From Eledone cirrhosa (Eukaryota): a stretch of DNA of 64,000 nucleotides. The position numbers were made by a program, and so were the translations under genes. Below are positions 1 through 12,212 of this stretch, in pieces. The notes below the pieces were generated by a model. That model saw only the letters and a program-made list of their open reading frames with translations. It was not told the DNA's origin and ran no database searches. The DNA lies in contig OZ024743.1 of NCBI GenBank assembly GCA_964016885.1, positions 351,788,001 to 351,852,000 on the forward strand, given 5' to 3'. Within the stretch, counting starts at the first letter, position 1. Every line of letters starts with the position of its first letter.

Positions 1-47
1 TTTATATGGTAATAAATAGCAAAATGTATTAATTTCATCTTTTATAG

Positions 48-190
48 CACAGAAACTTGGTATTGTAGAATGCCCAGCAAAAAGGTTATCAGAATTTGAA
101 TGGAGAAATGTAAAGGAAAAATCTAACTCTCGGCATGATTCATCCCAACCCTGTGTTATTTGTAAAGAACATTTTGGAGCTGACAGTCAA
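48..190 (+). CDS. RNF32: RING finger protein 32, internal coding exon (start of RING-H2 no. 1); upstream exons lie outside the window
   Basis: AG at 46-47 and GT at 191. Translates AQKLGIVECPAKRLSEFEWRNVKEKSNSRHDSSQPCVICKEHFGADSQ, matching recalled RNF32 (AQKLGL...EWEKVK...QPCPICKEEF). Confidence 0.9.
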
Positions 191-649
191 GTATGTTGAG
201 TTACCATATTTCTAATGAAAGACACTACCTATAATTTTCAAATAATTTTGAAAATGATTAAGAATTTGAAAGGATATCACCAATTTTCTCATTGTTGAAT
301 TGATGCTTTGAGTCTAACTTAACACATTTTCATACATAAAATTATGATGGAAGGGTTCAGATAAATATAAATATTTTAAAACAAAGTTTTGTATTGTAGA
401 CCCAAGAATGGTTTCATGAGATTTGGCATCAAAAAGGTTAAAAGGGTTCATCCTGTAATTAGTGTAACTTTCTCTTTTCAGACAGGTAAAGTGTCGCTGT
501 GTAGTTAAGAAATTCACAACTACTTTGCTTTTGGTGACATTCATCCAAATATGTAGCACCTCAGACAAGTGTTTTGTTCCAACCAATGTGTTTTGAGTGA
601 ATTTAGTATAAGGAATCTGTGCAGAAACCTCTTGTGCTTGAATGTGTGT

Positions 650-895
650 GTGTGTAATGTTAGTATGTATGAAGGACAAGTGAACTGAGAAATATATTGA
701 GTATAAAGAGAATTGAATGTAGTGTGCAAGAGAGACGATTGTAAAGGTATGAGCATGTATGGATAAAGAGATCAAGATTTGGATTTTAAAAAGTGTCAAG
801 CACTTAAAATGAATGGAAACTGGAAGAGAGAGACCAAGGAAGACATTGGATGAAGTTGTGAGGAATGACCTAAAAAAACTGAACCTCAAAGGAGA
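650..895 (+). mobile_element. Old 3' fragment of an RTE-type LINE
   Basis: Degenerate ...GKRERPRKTLDEVVRNDL... tail similar to the GRPRKTWDE motif of other copies in the window; boundaries approximate. Confidence 0.6.
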
Positions 896-938
896 TTGTG
901 GTGTTGATGGTGATATTGGTGGTCATGATTAGAATATA

Positions 939-3900
939 CTAGCAGCTGAGCCCGGTTGCACTCGGGGCCACTTTTTATTAAGTTAATAAGTTGAGGGGCG
1001 ACGTGAAGAGAGTGGTTTGACAGAGAGACGTTGTGTAGAGTAGGGTTCAAAGATGTTATTGCAGGGCGTCTTTGTAGACAACGTTCCTGGTGTTGTCCGG
1101 GTTACCACAAATGAAGAGATTGTGTGGAATGCCGACGCGGGAGCATCCGACGTATAGTTGACCATGGGAAAATACCTGCTCTGTTAGATTTAGGCCAACC
1201 ATTTGCAGCGATTATCCTTGTGCTTTGTTAATGCTCATTGCAAAGCAGAGTTTTATGGGAAACTGCTGTCGTGTAAATTCATAGGGGACGTGAGAGGGAC
1301 TAACGCTCATAGGGGTAATTAACCTGGTCACGCCAGCAGCGAGTCTGCTCAAAATGGTTGTGTCCAGAATTTGGGTCCTTATTTTTTATATGATTAAACG
1401 CGTTCCGTTGCATAGTTTCTCAGCAGCATAACTGGCACACCAACCTTCAGTTTCAGATCATGAGGAGGAAGTCCTGGAGGTAGTTGACTGTTGAGGAATT
1501 CAATTGGGTAGATGACGGCGTCGTCCGCATTTTTATTGGTGTCAATCGACTTGAAGGAGACTTCATTTCTGGGAATCTGATCGAGTAGTTTTTGGTTCAT
1601 TACGTCAACAGTAGCATTGTGTGGTGCCAAAATAGCTCTCCCTTTCAGCCAGGTGTGATCATGGAATCGTGATTCAAGGTCTGGAAATACAGATGACAAT
1701 AATTTATTCATGTTTGACACAAAGTTCCCAAAAGGCAAACGGATATGCTCTTCATCCACTCCAGGTGTAGTTCCATTACCAACTTCCAGTAGATGTTTTG
1801 AGAAATCGATGGAGTCTGCGTCACCATGCACATGCACTCTCATGTTGGTAGTCAGATGTAGTTTGTGAACATACTGCCATACGTAGAACGACTTCATGCA
1901 TGCGTTCACTTCGTCAGCTCTAGTGCCTCTAGTGATAACAGGAAGAGTCTGTCGGAAATCGCCAGCCAGCAGTACTGTCGCTCCACCCATGACGCGTGAA
2001 TTCCGACGCAAGTCCTTGAGAGATCGATCTAGAGCCTCAAAGGCCCCTTGTGACTCAGGGTAGCCTCGCCCCATATGATCAGGCAGCACTCAGAAAGAAG
2101 ATGTGCTTTAGGGTCGCCACGATCTATTCTACATTTGCAATGTCCAAAGGCAATTTGAATGGGGAGTGTGCCGTACGACTGCCATGTAGTAGTGTCGCTG
2201 CAATACCACTGGAGGCAACCACTAAAGCAATCCGCTTGTCTTTTCATAGCTTCGCAAGCAAAAGGTTGATGAGAAAAGTTTTTCCTGTTCCGCCAGGAAC
2301 ATCCAGAATAAATAGCTGTCCCTCATTTGAATTGACACTGGAGAGAATTCTGTCATATGCCCGTCTCTTGTCATGCAAAAGTCTGGGTTCATGATGTGTC
2401 ATATCGTCGATGTTGTAATTTAACTCACCTCACGTATGAACTCCACATCTAAAGCACTGTGAGTGTTTCGAGGTTGTGGTAAACCGAAATCAGATACACC
2501 GCCAACTCCAAGAGCTTTAAGATGGTTGTCCATGTCGATGAGGGCCTCATTGTACACCGCGTCGTTGAAAGCAAAGCCAGCCACTGGATCTTCTGCTCAT
2601 AGTCTACGGAGGATATCCTCTGACATGTTGTCCTTATGCGTTTCCCAAAGCTTAAGGGGCTCACCTATGCCACAGAACAATAGCATTATGCAAAACAGAC
2701 ATCTCATTTCTCGAGGCATCTTACATTCAGCAGCCTCTGTCAACGCCACGCTCAGGTGGGCATCATCCTCGAGTAGCCCGCGCTTCACGCACGCATCCCT
2801 GTAACTGGAACTAATGTGGCCATCGAAAAGTCTTAGGTCAGCAAATGACTTGGGCCCTTTGATTTGATGCAGCAACATTCGCAGGAAAAAGCATTCTTGT
2901 TGCTTCGGATGAACATTGTACACGCGTCCGATGACATTACTTCTGAAGACACCTGCCCAATCCTCAACTTTTTTCCCTTGTCATCGCCGATGCCATTTTT
3001 TGTTCGACCAAGTGAAGTAGGTAGGTACATCAACGTAAAAAAGGGTAACTGCAAATGTATCAACAGAATATAGCTTAAAAAATGCTGTAAGCGTCGTCTC
3101 AGGTGACTGTTCGGCAGCAGCCGATGCGGTTTCCCCAGTGAAATAAACGCGTTGACCATTCTCTAAGTGAACATCCAAATTAACAACTGCTGGAGAGCAC
3201 CGGTGAATTTCAAGCCCCAAAATACGCCAAGCCGCCATATTGGATGAAATGTATCTTCCCATCATGAACTGAGTAATTTCATCTTTTGATTCTACGCCAT
3301 CACTGAGGCCAACCACCGCCATGTCGCCGCCTTTGTTGATGTATTTGCAGACGTATTTAATGCTTTTAACAGATGTGCAGGACTCCACATTGATGTGAGC
3401 ATTAACAATTTTAGCAAGCAAAGGGCTGTAAGGCACCACCCAGCTGTTGTCAATGTCATATTCTTTCCCTTTCTTCTTAATCCTAGCCGAAAGGCCGCCA
3501 AAATCGGGAGCACGCCGCCGGTAGATGGGGTAGCCATCAACCCCAGTGCAAGTTTCCCTGGTGAAGGCTCTGGGGTAGTGTTTGATGCACTTGTTCCCCT
3601 GCATGCATGAATTTTGGCTGTTAAGGGCGCCACAGGGTCTATGTATCATATTAACCAGCACAATGTTGTAAAGCTGCAAATCAATTTGGGGATCGGGCAA
3701 CTCTGCACATATAACGCGATGAATGTCCGTAGGTCTGATTCATTCTTTGCACCAAATAAGAATATGTGCGTGTGGAAGACCCCGCTTCTGCCATTCCACA
3801 GTATAGATCCAAGCATTGAGTTGTCCGTAGATGGCCTTATCTTTCAGCAAGCACATTAGTTTCTTCAACTTTCCGTGGAAGACTCTGGCTGTAATATCAT

Positions 3901-4988
3901 GCCTGTCACTCGTCACCTGGCCCGCGAATAAATTCTCCTTAATCTCCACCCAATTAGGATTTCATGTGAAGATAATAAAAAGATCTGGCCGCCCAAACTT
4001 ACGGACATACGCCATGGCATCCTGTGTCCGTTTATGCATGTACTGGGGTGAGCCAGTAAAGCTTGAAGGAAGGATCACCTGATGCCCAACATTAGTTGCG
4101 TTACCATCACACTGCAAAGCATCTTTAAGATGAGCGTATTGAACCCCTCTTAGTTCTTTTTGATGGGTACGTACGTACAGAAGACGTTCCGCTTCAATCT
4201 TTGCGTACATATGAACCAAGAACTGGTTTGTCACCTCTTTGAACCTAAGTAGTTGGTTGAATTGATCGTCTCTGATCATGAGTCGGTATGCATAAAAATC
4301 CATGCTGGAAACTTTCTTTGGTAAAGCAGCAAGACTTTTCGGATCAATTGTGGGAATCTTGAAGTTGTAGACCGTTTCAATAAATAGTTGCATTAAAAAA
4401 GGGAGGCATTGAATGTAAAATGCTAAGCTAAAAGCGAAAAATTAATGTCATTGTTTACGTATAATGAATTGAAAATGCTTCACTAAGAGATAGATATAAA
4501 AGTATTTTATGTTAAATAGTAAGGGAGGTGTGTAGGATACATACACACACACACACACGACGCTCAGCTGTATATAAGTATCGTGTGTATGTGTATGTGT
4601 GTGTCCTATGCGAGCGACAACAGATCAAAAATATATAATATGTTACTGAAAGTTAACTAAAGTTTGATGGTCCCCCTCTCTCTCTCTGTCTGAATATCTA
4701 ACACTTTAATTGTATCTCTCTCTGTCTAATGGCCTATCTCTCTCTCTGCAGTGTTGTCATAGAGAGAGGGAAGAGCGACGGAGAGAGTAAAGCTAAGAAA
4801 CTACAGAGGTAAAAATCGATAGAAAAAGACCGTTTTTTGGCCCCAGACCCCACCTTTTTCAATTTAGAGAACCCCAAGTGGACCTGTCGCTTACATTAAT
4901 GTGTAAATTTTCATGACAATCAGAGCATTAGTACTACCCTTTTGCCTGTATCAGACAATTTTCGCCCATTTCACATTTATATAATAGA
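939..4988 (-). mobile_element. Helitron with both termini; disrupted RepHel, probably internally deleted
   Basis: Minus-strand 5' TC at 4988 (TCTATTATATAAATG) and 3' CTAG at 942-939, preceded by a CCCG..CGGG hairpin; inserted between A and T. Rep motifs VEWQKRGLPHAHIL and KYVCKYINKG; Pif1 helicase motifs PGGTGKTF, GDFRQTLP, FAMSINKAQG. Confidence 0.95.
1056..4393 (-). pseudogene. Helitron RepHel (HUH endonuclease + Pif1 helicase) broken by stops and frameshifts
   Basis: ORF fragments 3962-4393, 3740-3949, 2981-3700, 2597-2923 and 1394-2089 in collinear order; N-terminal region appears to be missing. Confidence 0.9.
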
Positions 4989-5072
4989 TGAATAAATTGA
5001 TCAGTAATAATTGAGTCTATGATTACAATTGAATGAATTTGTGTATATTTTCTTTACGTTAACTCATTTCAG

Positions 5073-5105
5073 GTGTTGCTGTCTTGCTCCCATGTCTTCC
5101 ATAAG
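5073..5105 (+). CDS. RNF32: RNF32 33-nt micro-exon
   Basis: tttcAG|GTGTTG...CATAAG|GTaac encodes VLLSCSHVFHK (RING C-x-H-x2-H); phase 0/0 fits the neighbouring exons. Confidence 0.9.
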
Positions 5106-5913
5106 GTAACTATAATTATTCAAAGTAGGTTAGATAGGCCTATGATCTCAAGTCGGTTTAATAAGTTTTCACTAGAAAGAAACGCAATTCATATTATTAT
5201 TCAGGTCAGATTTGCTCAGGCAGATCTAAGCAACTAAAGTTTTAATCACTAGTAATAATTGTTTCAACGTTTGGCACAAGGCCAGCAATTACCCAATGCA
5301 TTACTGGTACTTTATTTTATCGACCCCGTAAGGATGAAAGGCAAAGTTAACCTCGGCAATAATGCATTGCATACTATATCTGATTTTGTTTACATATGAC
5401 AAAAGTCTTTAAAACATTATATCAGATTTCACTTTATTTTAAATGTTAAATAAATTAAATAGAATATATATTTTCTAAGATTTTACATCCAGTTTCCAGA
5501 ATTATGCATGTATGAATATTTTTTTTACAAATATTTGGTGCAGTCTTTCTTTTTCTTTTTTTCACAAATGGAGGAGTGGCAAGTTATTAGGCTATCAAAT
5601 TAAAGTATCAATTTTAGTAAAGCTATGGAAGATGTGAAACTAATCACCAGAGGAATCGTCTTTGGATAAGTTCCAATAAAGTACAATGATGATTAGTTTC
5701 GTGTCTTCCTTCTGTAGCTTTACTAAAATTAATAGTTGGTAATTGATAATCGATTATTTGGATTGATTTTTGCTTCAATTTATGAACTATGAAATGGTAC
5801 TGTAAAAAAAATAAGGACTTTTCCACCTTAAAGTATGTACTTTTTCCTAAATATTATATGCTTTATGTATATGTACAAAATACTATGTGTTTCTCAAATG
5901 ATATATGGCTCTT

Positions 5914-5927
<14 letters not shown>

Positions 5928-5949
<22 letters not shown>

Positions 5950-6474
5950 AGCGAGGATGTGTGTGTGTCTGTGTACAACTTGGCATGCATAAGGCTTTCA
6001 CAATTACCAACTGCACGTTGCACAGGTCGCTAAGATTGTTACGTCATAAACAGTTTTCAAATCGACCCAGGTTGAGCAACAAAAAATCGATATCAAAATT
6101 ATCGGTAGAAAAATTGATGTAAGGGAGATAACAAACTTTATTGACAATCCTTATAAAAAAAGGAGATAACCTTTTCACCAAATATTCCCCGTATTAACTT
6201 TTTGTACTTTAGCAAAACTGCCTGTTTTTTTTACAGATTTGCAACGTGTATTGTCTTTAATCATTTGTATAACTACATCCTGTTCAGTGTTTTCCTTTAT
6301 TATCAGCATAGTTTTATGTGTACAAAGATCGCACTAAATATTCGTTTGCATTAATTATTGAAGACTTCTGCTTATTTTGACAGGTTGGGGACAAATAATG
6401 TTCTTCTTTTACTTCCTAGCTGTATATTCTTAGCATAATTTCAAACCCCGAACAACGCCGGGTAAATCTGCTAG
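5928..6474 (+). mobile_element. Non-autonomous Helitron
   Basis: TC(TA)n-AAGCGAGGATGTGTGTG-type 5' end (approximate). 3' CCCGAACAACGCCGGG hairpin followed by TAAATCTG-CTAG at 6471-6474. Confidence 0.75.
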
Positions 6475-6548
6475 ATATATATATATATATACACATACGG
6501 GATGTTGATAGGCGTTAAAATGAGTACTCGCTACTGGAGTAAAAGTTA

Positions 6549-6628
6549 AATATTCTTTATTATGGCTCACTGATGAGTACATAGGTGAAACTCCAGAGTA
6601 ATAAGAATTATCACATAATAAAGAATAT
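6549..6628 (+). ncRNA. Degenerate hammerhead-ribozyme-like motif (Penelope-type relic)
   Basis: CTGATGA-GTACATAGGT-GAAA-CTCCAGAG-TA, enclosed by the ATATTCTTTATTATG / CATAATAAAGAATAT complement. The core-proximal stem I is mismatched. Confidence 0.4.
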
Positions 6629-6638
6629 ATATATATAT

Positions 6639-6807
6639 ATATTGAGTCCCGCTGCCATAGCTATCAGGCAGCCAGGGTCACCTCTGTGCCACTTTTGAGG
6701 CACTGAAGTAGGATTTTGCAGATTCTACAAAATCCTACTTCAGTGCCTCAAAAGTGGCGCAGAGGTGACCCTGGCTGTCTGATAGCTATGGTAGCTGGAT
6801 TCAATAT
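6639..6807. repeat. Near-perfect palindrome with 84-bp arms at the 5' end of the RTE insertion
   Basis: 6639-6722 is the reverse complement of 6724-6807, with 6 mismatches and a 1-nt centre. Confidence 0.95.
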
Positions 6808-9800
6808 CCTGGCAGGTTTTACCATGCTACACAGGTATCAGACTATTGATCCTAGAGATGATTCATCATCTTCTAGAGTTCAAAAGCTAGCTAAACTGAA
6901 AAGGTACCGGCCTGCCCGCCCAGCCAGTGGGATGGCGTCATCTTATGGTTAAAACAGCACAAAGAAAAGGGCCTCAGTACCCTGCGCATCAATCGGGCCA
7001 CTCTACGACGGCGGAGTGCAAACCGAGCGACGAGAGGCTGCTAAGAATCACAGGTTCCCGAAGGCCACCATGGAACAGGACTAACCTTGCCATATGCACC
7101 TACAACTGCAGGTCTTTGGCAGGGGGGCAAGGACTGAACCACCTAATGGGGGAGAAGAAGAAGGTCAGGTGTGACGTGTTAGGGCTGTGCGAGACCCGCC
7201 AGAAGAAGGAGGCGAGTTCGCGATGGCAAGATGGATGAGCCTTGAGACTCGGGAAAGCAGAGGGTGCCAGATCGGTCGGAGGTATAGGGTTCATCGTAAG
7301 CAAGGAATGGGCTTTGAAGGTTGCTTCTTGCCAGTTCATATCGTCACGGATTGGTGTACTGAATGTGAACCTCTCAAGGAACGCCACCCTCAAGATCCTC
7401 CAGACCTACACTCCCACAAGTGCCAGTGACAACGATGAGGTGGAAGAATTCTATCGCCAGCTAGACAAAGTTCTGGCTGTGAAGTCCACTTACACCGTCG
7501 TGATGGGAGACTTCAACGCAAAGGTCGGACAGGGACGGCAAGGGGAAGAGCATCTCGGAAGATTCGGCCTAGGAGAGCGACATGAGAGAGGAGAGCGTCT
7601 GGTCACCATGGCGGAGGCGAGACAGCTCTACATCGGAAACAGCCTATTCAGGAAGAAGAAGGAGAAGAGATGGACCTGGGTATCGCCAAATTCTGAGCAC
7701 CGAAACGAGATTGACTACATCTTGGTCGACAAGCGACGCATACTGCAGGACATCTCCGTCATAACGCCATTCAACACTGGAAGTGATCATCGTCTGGTGA
7801 GGGCGAGGATCGTCATCAACCGGACGAGGGAGAAGAAGGCGCTGCATTTGGCGTCGAAGGGAGAACGCGTCTGGGTCTTCAACGAGGTGCAGCTGCAGGA
7901 AGCCATTATGCAGGAAAAGTGGCGTCAAGGAGATGGCATAGACGCTGACTACGACTCACTGATAAGGAAACTGAAGGAGTGCTTGAGGAAGGCTAAGGGT
8001 GTGTGCCTAAGGGAGCGGAAGGGAAGAGTCTCGGAGGAAACTATGAAGTTGCTTGAGAAGAGGAAGAATATGAAGAGGACACCTGAAGATCATCTCGAAT
8101 ATTCCCTTCTCAGCAGAGTGATACGTCAACAACTGAAGAGTGACTTCGAGGCATACCGGATGGAGAAGCTCCTGAAGGCCGCAGAGGAAAAGAAGAGCCT
8201 CAAGAAATGCGAGAGGGACATGATAATGTACAGATCGGAGGTGACAACCCTGAAAAACACAGATGGAGTACCGGTCAACGACAAGAGTGAGGTGGAAAAG
8301 GTTTGCGAAGACTTCTACACCAAGCTCTTCAAGTCTGCCGGGAATGTGCAGCCGTTGCCGTCACTCGAACAGGAAGAAAATGTGCCACCCATCCTTGTCG
8401 GTGAGGTCGAAAGAGCCGTCGGCTTGATGAAAAGCGGAAAGGCGCCAGGGAAAGACGGCATAACATCGGAGGTGTTGAAGTCAGGCGGAGAGCAGCTCTG
8501 GAAAATCCTCGCCGAGCGATTCACATGCTATCTGGACAAGGGAAGAATACCCTCGCAGTGGAAAGAGTCGAATACCATCCTGCTATACAAGAAGGGCGAT
8601 AGAGAAGATCTGAAGAACTACCGACCCATATGCCTGCTGTCTTACGTGTACAAGCTGTTCACGAAGATAATCCTGAACATGTTATCACGTCATCTGGACG
8701 AACAGCAACCAAGAGAGCAAGCCAGCTTCCGGAAAAACTACAGCACGATGGACCACATATTACTCTGACACAACTGCTTTAGTGAGCAAAAGAGTACAAG
8801 ATGCCTCTTTGTGTCGCGTTCGTAAACTACGAGAAGGCCTTCGACAGCATCAAAATCAACGCAGTGCTGAACTTGCTGTAGAGGCAAGGAGTCGAGGCGC
8901 AATACGTTCAACTGTTCAGGGAGGCGGGTTCCGGATGCACCACTGACATAGTTCTGCTGTCATCACCCGTACGAGTGCCGGTCGAGAAGAGAGTGAAGCA
9001 AGGAGATACGATCTCTCCAAAACTTTTCACCGCGTGTCTTGAGCAGATCATCAGAGGCATGGACTGGCAAGGCGGTGTCAACATCAACGGTGAGATACTT
9101 ACCCACCTCCGTTTCGCTGATGACATCGTTCTCATCGCTGAAACCACGGATCAGCTTCAGACCATGCTGACAGAGCTTGACATCAAAAGCTCTGCAGTAG
9201 GCCTCAAGATAAACCGCATGAAAACGAAGTTCATGCGATCTGACAACGTACCAACAGGTCGAATGGTGGTTGGCGGTGATGAAATAGAGGAGGTGGAGGA
9301 ATACGTCTACCTGGGACAAGAAGTGAACATGCGCCGAGACATTGAGAGGGAGATCTCGCGGAGGGTAAGTGCCGGATGGAAGGCGTTCAACGGCATAAGG
9401 GATGTGCTCAAGGGGAGGTTGGACAAGACCACCCGCGCCAACCTCTTCAATAGCACAGTTTTACCTGCAATGTTATATGGCAGTGAAACTTGGGCTACAA
9501 CGAAGAAAGAAGAGCAGAGGCTGGTAACGGCTCAAAGAGCCATGGAAAGATCAATGCTAGGAATCTCGTTGAGAGAGCACATCAGGAGAGTAGTCATCAA
9601 ACAGAAGTCTGGCGTGAGGGATGTCATCACGGAATATATGCGCAGCAAGTTCAGATGGGCTGGACACGTCGCCCGGTTCACTGATAACCGGTGGACCCGC
9701 GCAGTTGCCGAGTGGTACCCGCGCGAGCGGAAATGACCACTCGGAAGGCCTCCACAAGGGTGGAGTTACGATTTGAAGAATACGATTGGGACTACATGGA

Positions 9801-9899
9801 TGAGGAAAGCACGATCCAGAGAGGAATGGACGGTGTGCTGTGACCAGCGGTGACGAATGGACGCCCGACAGACTGGTCGGTCAAGGTGATCAAGGTGAT
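6639..9899 (+). mobile_element. RTE-clade LINE, near full length, inactivated
   Basis: APE endonuclease (TYNCRSL, GLCETR, MGDFNAK, EIDYIL, SDHRLV) and RT (KAFD, QGDTISPKLF, RFADD, YVYLG). In-frame stop at 7236-7238; frameshift and stops near 8760-8790. (CAAGGTGAT)2 tail; flanked by (TA)n on both sides. Confidence 0.93.
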
Positions 9900-9909
9900 A
9901 TATATATAT

Positions 9910-11300
9910 AAGTAGAAGGGATATTTAATTTGTTGGAAATCCGACAAATATAAAAAAATCTTCAACTTCTCTGTTAAACCTGATATGGAACTTAAAATGC
10001 AAGAATATAGTCTATCTAGAATATAGACAGTTTCAAAAGCACCCGCGTACCGAAACACAGCTTTATCTAGATTCTGCAAATTGTGTATTGAGGAAATTTT
10101 TTACATACTTAATTGTAAAAACTCTATTAATCTAAGAAGAATTTATTTAATTCTTGTAGACATCGCCAGAATTCAACATTCAGAACTATATATAACTTAT
10201 AATTATACTTATAATATTCCTACTAATTTCCATAACAATCTCATCCACTTGGTTTTAATATATTGATATCTCTAAATCATAATATATATAACATTTGCTG
10301 TAATTCCACTTCTTAAAGTTTCATAAAATATATACGTATATAATTCTAATTTTTTTTAAATTTTAATTTTAATAATTTTTATTTCTTTAATTTTTATTTC
10401 TTTAAAAATTACTAATCTCTTTTAAATTATAAAAAAAAAATTAAAAAAATTTTCTCAAATTTTTCAATATTTTTTCAATATTTTTTTCAATACTTTCTCA
10501 GTATTTTTTAAATATTTTTTCAATAGATTTATAACCACTAACTGATTCTGGCTAAATGTATCTTCAACATCTATACTTTCTTTGACTAAATAGTCTCACA
10601 CTAATGAATAAATAAATTAAACCGGACTTTTTTCCGTACCTTCCCATTTTCAGTCATATAAATATAAATATAAATATAAGTATTCTTCTTAACTCAGTTA
10701 ATTTAATTTAATTTAACTTAATATTTATTTACATAAAATACAAAACCAATATCCCTCATAACTCATTAGAACATGATATACCCATCTATTTATTTATTTA
10801 TTTATTTATCTACTTATAACAGAAAGAAAATATATTATAAACAAATTTTAAACAACTAATAATCGTAAATACACGAACTATTAAGATATATACTTTGAAT
10901 ATATTTCCCTCAAATTAACGTTATATGAGTTTTTTTATTCATCTTCCCTTTTTTTCTTTCTTCTCTCTCTCTCACACTATTTTATCCTCTCCTCTTCTCT
11001 CTTCTCTCTCTCTCTCCCTCTCCATAGTCGTTTAAATAAATGGTTGTTTTTCAATTATTTACATATTCATTTGCATATTCACCCATAAGTTTGAAAAATC
11101 CCTAATATATTTCCACTATCCAGAGAATAGCCAACCGATAAGGTATGATTTTCATGGGTATGTCTCTATTTATAAAACAAACTTTGTATTTTATCTGAGG
11201 AAAGCGTTACCAATGTGTTTTGGTACCCTTGAAATATATATAATAAAATAAATATGGTTTTATAAATATAGTTTCCATTTATTTAATATCATTGAATATA
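9910..11300 (+). mobile_element. Highly AT-rich relic, probably the 3' end of a Penelope-like element
   Basis: Low-complexity AT-rich tract ending in a hammerhead motif (11187-11250) of the same design as the one at 60988. No clean ORF. Confidence 0.45.
11187..11250 (+). ncRNA. Type I hammerhead ribozyme motif
   Basis: Stem I TATTTTAT/ATAAAATA (8 bp); CTGAGGA; stem II AAG..TACCA-loop-TGGTA..CTT; GAAA; short palindromic stem III; AUA cleavage triplet at 11240-11242. Confidence 0.8.
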
Positions 11301-11349
11301 TATATATATATATATGTGTCCCACCTTTGCAAGCAGGGAAAAGCGGACG

Positions 11350-11727
11350 TAAAAAAGTAGTATATGGATAAAAGTAGTAAGCGGACGTAAAAAGTAGTAT
11401 ATGGATAAAAGCTGGAGGGTTGATTAATTTCAAATAATATCAGTTTTTCTTTGTTCTGTAAAAGGCTGTAAAACGACTTTATAAAAGCTAACGCAATATT
11501 AAACCTTCAACTGATATACTTTGATCTATAGTTTAAGCCGACATGGGGCATCCCCCCCTCTCTCTCTGAATATCTAACATTTCAATTGTATCTCTCTCTG
11601 TATAATGGCCTGTCTCTCTCTTTCTGCCTCTCCCTCTGTGTCTCTCTCTCTTTAGATGTGTGTGTATGTGTATAGTTTTCCTGATTCAACCAACCAATAA
11701 ACATCTTTCTTTTATATTATATATAGA
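11350..11727 (-). mobile_element. Non-autonomous Helitron fragment related to the 939-4988 element
   Basis: GAATATCTAACA..AATTGTATCTCTCTCTGT..AATGGCCT at about 11568-11611 matches about 4692-4735. Minus-strand TCTATATATAATATAAAAG 5' end at 11727; left boundary uncertain. Confidence 0.6.
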
Positions 11728-11786
11728 TTTCACAATTTAATGGGCAGAGGTCTATAAAGAATGTATTTTATATTATTATGTTATAG

Positions 11787-11936
<150 letters not shown>

Positions 11937-11990
11937 TAGTACTAATTTCTAGATACCCATTTCAATTAGAACATGTGATACCCTTTTCAT

Positions 11991-12212
11991 TTAACCCTTT
12001 AGTATTTACATTACTCTATATATACTATTGTATTTTGTGGTAAACACTTTACCTCACATATCCTCATATATCAAATCTATGAGATTTTAATATTATTTAT
12101 TTTGAGAACAATATCTTAACATAAGTATGAGCAACTTGTTAAAGCCGGTTTGAACAGAAAGAGATGAGAGAATTCTGGCCAGATACAGCTGGTTTAAATG
12201 CTAAAGGGTTAA
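11991..12212. mobile_element. TTAA-flanked MITE (piggyBac-like); other copies at about 41513-41721, 43987-44180 and 63052-63280
   Basis: TTAA-CCCTTTAG(T/C)ATT ... AATGCTAAAGGG-TTAA termini, with a shared interior (AATCTATGAGATTTT...GAGAACAATA). Confidence 0.75.

Noticed and set aside
314-889. 191-aa minus-strand ORF
   Set aside because: Antisense to a decayed LINE tail and AT-rich intron; no recognisable motifs.
11345-11410. Short direct repeats (AAAAAGTAGTATATGGATAAAAG) resembling a CRISPR array
   Set aside because: Only two units, no unique spacers, no cas genes, and a eukaryotic context.
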